Source: an uncultured virus (IMG/VR IMGVR_UViG_3300023180_000040) | Taxonomy: Duplodnaviria; Heunggongvirae; Uroviricota; Caudoviricetes | Strand: one strand, 5' to 3' | DNA length: 20,000 nucleotides | IMG/VR virus record: IMGVR_UViG_3300023180_000040 | Span: 57,081 to 77,080 of that record | Shown here: positions 16,247-20,000 of the stretch, one piece after another | Position numbering within the stretch: position 1 is the first letter of the stretch | How the letters are laid out: each line of letters begins with the position of its first letter | Position numbers and translations under genes: made by a program | Notes under the pieces: generated by a model | What the model saw: the letters and a program-made list of their open reading frames with translations, nothing else | The model's database searches: none | What the model was told of the DNA's origin: nothing

Positions 16247-16597
16247 CTAAAGAAAGATGCCGGTAGTCTCGCGGAACTGAACCATAGCAGGAAGCATAGG
16301 CTCATACATCCTGTGAGTCACGGTGTTCACGATAGCAATAGGGGTCGCCATGACGAAAGAGTTAGCGCCGTCAAAGGCATTGTCGTAAATGATGGTTGCG
16401 GCCTGCTCGTACAACTCGTCAAGGTCGTCCGAACCCTCGTAGTAAACGGAGTAGCCGTTCCGATTGACCATTCCGACAACCATGTAGAAGTAGTAGAACT
16501 CGTCCTCACACAGCGGAACGTCGCTCACGGTCGTCCCATGACCGAACTCAAAGGTCATGTTCTCCACCACATCGTACTGCTCGTCGTAATTCTTCAT
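16247..16597 (-). CDS. Hypothetical acidic protein
   Basis: TGATG coupling. Confidence 0.7.
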   Translation of the reverse strand: MKNYDEQYDVVENMTFEFGHGTTVSDVPLCEDEFYYFYMVVGMVNRNGYSVYYEGSDDLDELYEQAATIIYDNAFDGANSFVMATPIAIVNTVTHRMYEPMLPAMVQFRETTGIFL

Positions 16598-16827
16598 CAG
16601 TCGTTCCCCCTATCTTTCTCAATCGCGTTCGCGGCGTTCCATGCTGTCTCAGCCGCAACCCGCATGTTGCCGCCAGCCTTCTCAGCGATAAGCATAGCAA
16701 GCAGGGCCGCGTTCTCTGCCATATGCTTGCCACCACTACGGTAAGCGTTACCGGCGATAACCATAGCGTGCGGGATAGTCATGGCCTTCATGCTTTCGAT
16801 AAGCCCTGCGTAAGTCTTGTCGTCCAT
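16597..16827 (-). CDS. Hypothetical Ala-rich protein
   Basis: TGATG coupling at both ends. Confidence 0.7.
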   Translation of the reverse strand: MDDKTYAGLIESMKAMTIPHAMVIAGNAYRSGGKHMAENAALLAMLIAEKAGGNMRVAAETAWNAANAIEKDRGND

Positions 16828-17054
16828 CAGTCGTTCCCCTTCCCATTACGGCGAGACAGCCAAGACTCAAAGCGAGCCTGAACGTCCTCATCCGTTACAT
16901 ACAGCCAATCCACGTTCACCCAACCATCCTCGTCGTACTGCTGAATCTCCATCATACCCAACGGCTTACCCTTGTGAGTGGGGACGATAGCACGAAACTC
17001 ATCACCATCATCAGTCACCGGGGCAATCAGGATGTAAGCGGGAACCTTCTCCAT
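16827..17054 (-). CDS. Hypothetical protein
   Basis: TGATG coupling at both ends. Confidence 0.7.
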   Translation of the reverse strand: MEKVPAYILIAPVTDDGDEFRAIVPTHKGKPLGMMEIQQYDEDGWVNVDWLYVTDEDVQARFESWLSRRNGKGND

Positions 17055-17374
17055 CAGTCAATCTCCTTCATCCGAAACTCTGGCAGGACGTTACGATAGT
17101 GCGTGTCGTCAAACTGCTGATTGTCATGGAAGGTAACGCTAGCGTTTGGCGTACCATCATCGTAAGGGGTGTTCTCCAAGCAAACGGTGTAAGACGCCGT
17201 ACTCTCGTATCCATCAACATCCACAATAGGGAAGTCAATAGTGACATACACTCCGTAGTCATTCTTTGCGATGGTCACTTTCGGGTCTGCAAGGTTGCTC
17301 ATACGATTACCTTCTTCCTCTCCGTAGTAATCTGGGTGTTCGTTTATGTAATCGCTATCCTTGTTCTCAGGCAC
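17054..17374 (-). CDS. Hypothetical acidic protein
   Basis: GGGAGG RBS before GTG 17374. Confidence 0.7.
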   Translation of the reverse strand: MPENKDSDYINEHPDYYGEEEGNRMSNLADPKVTIAKNDYGVYVTIDFPIVDVDGYESTASYTVCLENTPYDDGTPNASVTFHDNQQFDDTHYRNVLPEFRMKEID

Positions 17375-17627
17375 GCTGCGCCTCCCTTGTCATAAGGTAG
17401 GCAACCGCTGAGGCCAGCGTGCCAAAGCCCGGTACGTTCCCGTTCTCCGCGCTGCTGACGTTCCACTTGCTGCCCGCCTTCTCAACAGAGCCAAGGTACT
17501 TCCCCGGCTTGTCGTAGAAGTAGCCATTCACCGGAACGGTCTTGGTGATTTCGTTGATAATCCACTTCCCATCGTTGGTGCGAAGAGCAGTCACCTTGTT
17601 GCTTCCTGAGTAGAACCTGCGAACCAT
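17367..17627 (-). CDS. Hypothetical protein
   Basis: First gene after the promoter at 17662; polypurine leader. Confidence 0.7.
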   Translation of the reverse strand: MVRRFYSGSNKVTALRTNDGKWIINEITKTVPVNGYFYDKPGKYLGSVEKAGSKWNVSSAENGNVPGFGTLASAVAYLMTREAQRA

Positions 17628-17661
17628 AATGTCTCTCTCTTTCTCTCTTTCTCTTGACTAG

Positions 17662-17715
17662 AGCCTACTCCCTTCCCCACAACAATCAAGGGAAGGGAGG
17701 TTAGAACTTTGTTAG
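17662..17715 (-). promoter_or_regulatory. Boxed early promoter, copy 2, with a 10-bp inverted repeat around the -35
   Basis: CTAAC AAAGTT CTAAC-CTCCCTTCCC-TTGATT-GTTGTGGGGAAGGGAG-TAGGCT. Confidence 0.75.
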
Positions 17716-18527
17716 GCTGCGACCAGCGTGCCGGAACGAATCTTCTGCTCAAACTCGTCGCAAGCCTCAGTCATTTCCATAACCTCGTCCTGCAACCTAG
17801 CCGCCCTCCTGCGAGCATCAAGGAACCTAGTGACCGACTGATAAGCCCGCAACGCTGCCTCGTCCTGCCCGGAAGGGAGCAGCATATACAGGCTACGGGC
17901 GGTGTCGCACAGGTAGCCGATTTCCTCGTCCGTCGTAGCGACGAAGGCGTGAGCAAGGTCACGACGCATCTGACCGTTCAGCGAAGTCACCTGCCGACGA
18001 TAATCCTTGTCACGCTTCTCATGCCGCATCTTGATAGTGAGGTTAGTGACCTCACGGACGGCCTGACTGACCTCATCCTTCATCGCATCATAAGACGCCA
18101 TAACTTCCTCGCGCGCCTTGCACGCCGCATCCCGACGGTCTGATACCCGTTCTGCGAACATGATAGCGGCCTGCGGCCCACAGTAGTCGCTGAATGCCGG
18201 AATGTCGTTGAACGTGACCTGCATGTAGTAGTCAATGGCACCATTCGTCTGCCAACGGGTGCGCTTGATTACGTCCTTCACACCGGCAGGCTTATGAGCG
18301 GAAATCCACTCAATCGCTGCCTCCATCGTAGCCACGCGAATCTTGCGGGGGCGACGAATGCTTACAGCGTGGTCGCCGTTGCGGTGTTCTCCGTGGACCT
18401 TTTCGGCCCGCTCAATCTCACCGCGCTGGACATACTGAGTAAGGGTATTGTCAATAGCCTTACGCTGCGACTCAATGGAAGCCACAAGCCGGGTGATGAG
18501 CGTTTCTGTTGCCTTGTTGATACTCAT
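17712..18527 (-). CDS. Hypothetical largely helical/coiled-coil protein, 271 aa
   Basis: Long ORF with AGGAG RBS. Confidence 0.75.
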   Translation of the reverse strand: MSINKATETLITRLVASIESQRKAIDNTLTQYVQRGEIERAEKVHGEHRNGDHAVSIRRPRKIRVATMEAAIEWISAHKPAGVKDVIKRTRWQTNGAIDYYMQVTFNDIPAFSDYCGPQAAIMFAERVSDRRDAACKAREEVMASYDAMKDEVSQAVREVTNLTIKMRHEKRDKDYRRQVTSLNGQMRRDLAHAFVATTDEEIGYLCDTARSLYMLLPSGQDEAALRAYQSVTRFLDARRRAARLQDEVMEMTEACDEFEQKIRSGTLVAA

Positions 18528-18540
18528 TCTCGGTTCTCTC

Positions 18541-18711
18541 CTAACCGATTGTGATTACGTCGTCAGTCTTGCACACGATGGAAGTCTCTGCAAGGACTCC
18601 CGTAAGCGGCTCCACATCAAGGTAGTGGAAACCGTCAGTCCAATCAACCCTAGCCCAAACCTCGCGGTCGTGGACCATAACCAGCACAATGTCGCCGGGG
18701 CGAATCTCCAT
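18541..18711 (-). CDS. 56-aa SH3/KOW-like protein (not in ORF track)
   Basis: MEIRPGDIVLVMVHDREVWARVDWTDGFHYLDVEPLTGVLAETSIVCKTDDVITIG; AAGGAG RBS; TGATG coupling. Confidence 0.75.
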   Translation of the reverse strand: MEIRPGDIVLVMVHDREVWARVDWTDGFHYLDVEPLTGVLAETSIVCKTDDVITIG

Positions 18712-18950
18712 CAGTCGTTCTCCTTCTTGATACGGGTGTCCTTGACTCCTGCGGGGCGGTGGATGTTACCACACCGGGGGCACGAGGAAATCAGGTGCCA
18801 ACTCCGGTGCGACGGGTCATGGAACCAACGGGTGCCGGTGCCGCGAGACTGAACGATAGTCTCGCCACGCTGCGGAGGATTCACCGAACAGGGAACCTCC
18901 ACAAACTTAGTCACACCGGAACGCCGGTCGTTCAGCATGTTTTTATCCAT
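18711..18950 (-). CDS. Small protein with CPRCGNIH metal-binding motif; first gene of the leftward array
   Basis: AAGGAG RBS directly downstream of the promoter at 18990. Confidence 0.65.
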   Translation of the reverse strand: MDKNMLNDRRSGVTKFVEVPCSVNPPQRGETIVQSRGTGTRWFHDPSHRSWHLISSCPRCGNIHRPAGVKDTRIKKEND

Positions 18951-18989
18951 CAGTCATTCTCCTTAGTGGGTCTGCTTGCCACGCCGGGG

Positions 18990-19043
18990 AGACTACTCCT
19001 TTCGATTCTCTGCACAAGGGGTATCGTGTAAAGACTTTGTTAG
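18990..19043 (-). promoter_or_regulatory. Boxed early promoter, copy 1
   Basis: CTAAC AAAGTC TTTAC-N10-TTGTGC-16 nt (..GAG)-TAGTCT. Confidence 0.75.
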
Positions 19044-19049
19044 AGGATT

Positions 19050-20000
19050 GAGCCACAACATATCCGCGCGTACAGGCGCACGCACTCGCGCAAATACTAC
19101 ATCTGAATCTCTATGTCAAATGAAGGTTCAGTAAACCGCTTCCTCAATCTCTTTGTGCGGGATTCGCACAAGCGGCCCCTCAATCACTCTAAGCCAATCT
19201 AAGGGGTGCTTATCCTCTTTACAAAGGTATGAAGAATGCCTGCTCACACCAACATTCTGGAATCTCTAGGTATAAGGACACCTAGAACGCTTGTAACAGG
19301 GCATAGAAGGCTTCCTGTGCGTTCTTACATTGCGATAACATCTAAGCGCCCACAAACCTCCTGCAAATCGCACACTTTCTCTAGCCATGTTGGGAAATGG
19401 ATAAGTTCGCAAATACCGACATTTCACCAAACCCCAACACAGAATCACAATCTCACAAATAGTTCAGCCTTCTCTAATACTTCCATCACATTCTCTCGGC
19501 CTTCATAGAATACTTACAGGTATGATGAAAGTATGAGGGGATACCCACGGCGCGGCCCTAATAAATCCATAAAGAATCCATAACAAATAGAACATATATA
19601 GATATGTCACATACTTACAACATACTGAATACAATCGTCATGGATGCGTCACTACTTACATATAACTCAAATACCTGTATTCCCGCATGAATAGAGGGGA
19701 TAGATGTAATACAAGTGTATGTATGAATGGGGGTTATGTGGGGCAAATGTTGATATAAGTGGGGACTTATGTGTGCGCTACTACATGAATCCCCATATGT
19801 CAAGCACTAATACATACATATATGTAGCCAAGTGTAGTGCCGCATATGTAAGTTGCATCTATATTACTTATGTGATAAGGGCCAAGTAGTTGTGCCGTCA
19901 AGTTGTGCCCCCTATCATACTCTCTGGATATACACAAGGGGCACCCCCCTCCCCCCATATCTCTTTTACATTTAGGGTACCCATCTGGGGGGTAGGAGTC
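19050..20000. other. Long non-coding region upstream of the early array
   Basis: No credible ORF; short inverted repeats, AT-alternating tracts and C/G runs. Confidence 0.6.

Larger units (their letters stand above)
16227..18963 (-). repeat. Dispersed start-associated motif (purine RBS)-GACTGATG, six copies
   Basis: At starts 16229, 16597, 16827, 17054, 18711 and 18950. Confidence 0.7.

Noticed and set aside
16222..16600. Additional hammerheads at CTGATGA matches near 16229 and 16597
   Set aside because: No stem II plus GAAA and no stems I/III; these are the start-associated GACTGATG motif.
17630..17655. (GA)n/AAAG polypurine tract as a repeat element
   Set aside because: Short and explained as the purine-rich leader/RBS of ORF 17367..17627.
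18565..18600. Promoter-like TTGCAG...AAGACT
   Set aside because: Lies inside the 56-aa ORF 18541..18711, has a poor -10 and lacks the CTAAC box.
6842..19508. + strand ORFs of the track in this interval, plus the - strand ORFs at 1000-2513
   Set aside because: Antisense shadows of well-packed, RBS-bearing genes on the opposite strand, or low-quality ORFs in non-coding sequence.
1..20000. CRISPR array, transposase/integrase or stop-codon reassignment
   Set aside because: No regularly spaced repeats or recombinase motifs were seen. TAA, TAG and TGA all terminate well-packed genes under the standard code.

Overview
Segment of a tailed dsDNA bacteriophage genome, probably infecting Actinobacteria (inference from the portal-like tail, TANNNT-type promoters and an RCxxCG-x-LS-YN-type zinc finger). 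1-6026: AT-rich + strand block with the C-terminus of a probable portal protein, an HTH-fused metallophosphoesterase, dNMP kinase, thyX and hypotheticals. 6027-18950: a convergent, tightly packed - strand array of about 40 small, mostly very acidic ORFs, typical of an early/host-takeover region. It includes DUF4241-like, YubB/DUF1281-like, wHTH and a possible Ocr-like protein. 19050-20000: about 1 kb of non-coding sequence. The most notable signal is a non-coding cassette at ~9458-9894 (- strand): a complete type I hammerhead ribozyme overlapping a stop codon, then a ~170-nt putatively pseudoknotted RNA, then a promoter positioned to start at the first base of a 98-nt tRNA-like RNA with no anticodon loop. 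Also seen: four copies of a composite promoter (CTAAC-N6-NTWAC box / TTG / 16-nt spacer ending GAG / TANNNT, with a hairpin around the -35), a six-copy GACTGATG start-associated motif, and a strong GC gradient. All protein family calls come from motif recognition, not database searches.
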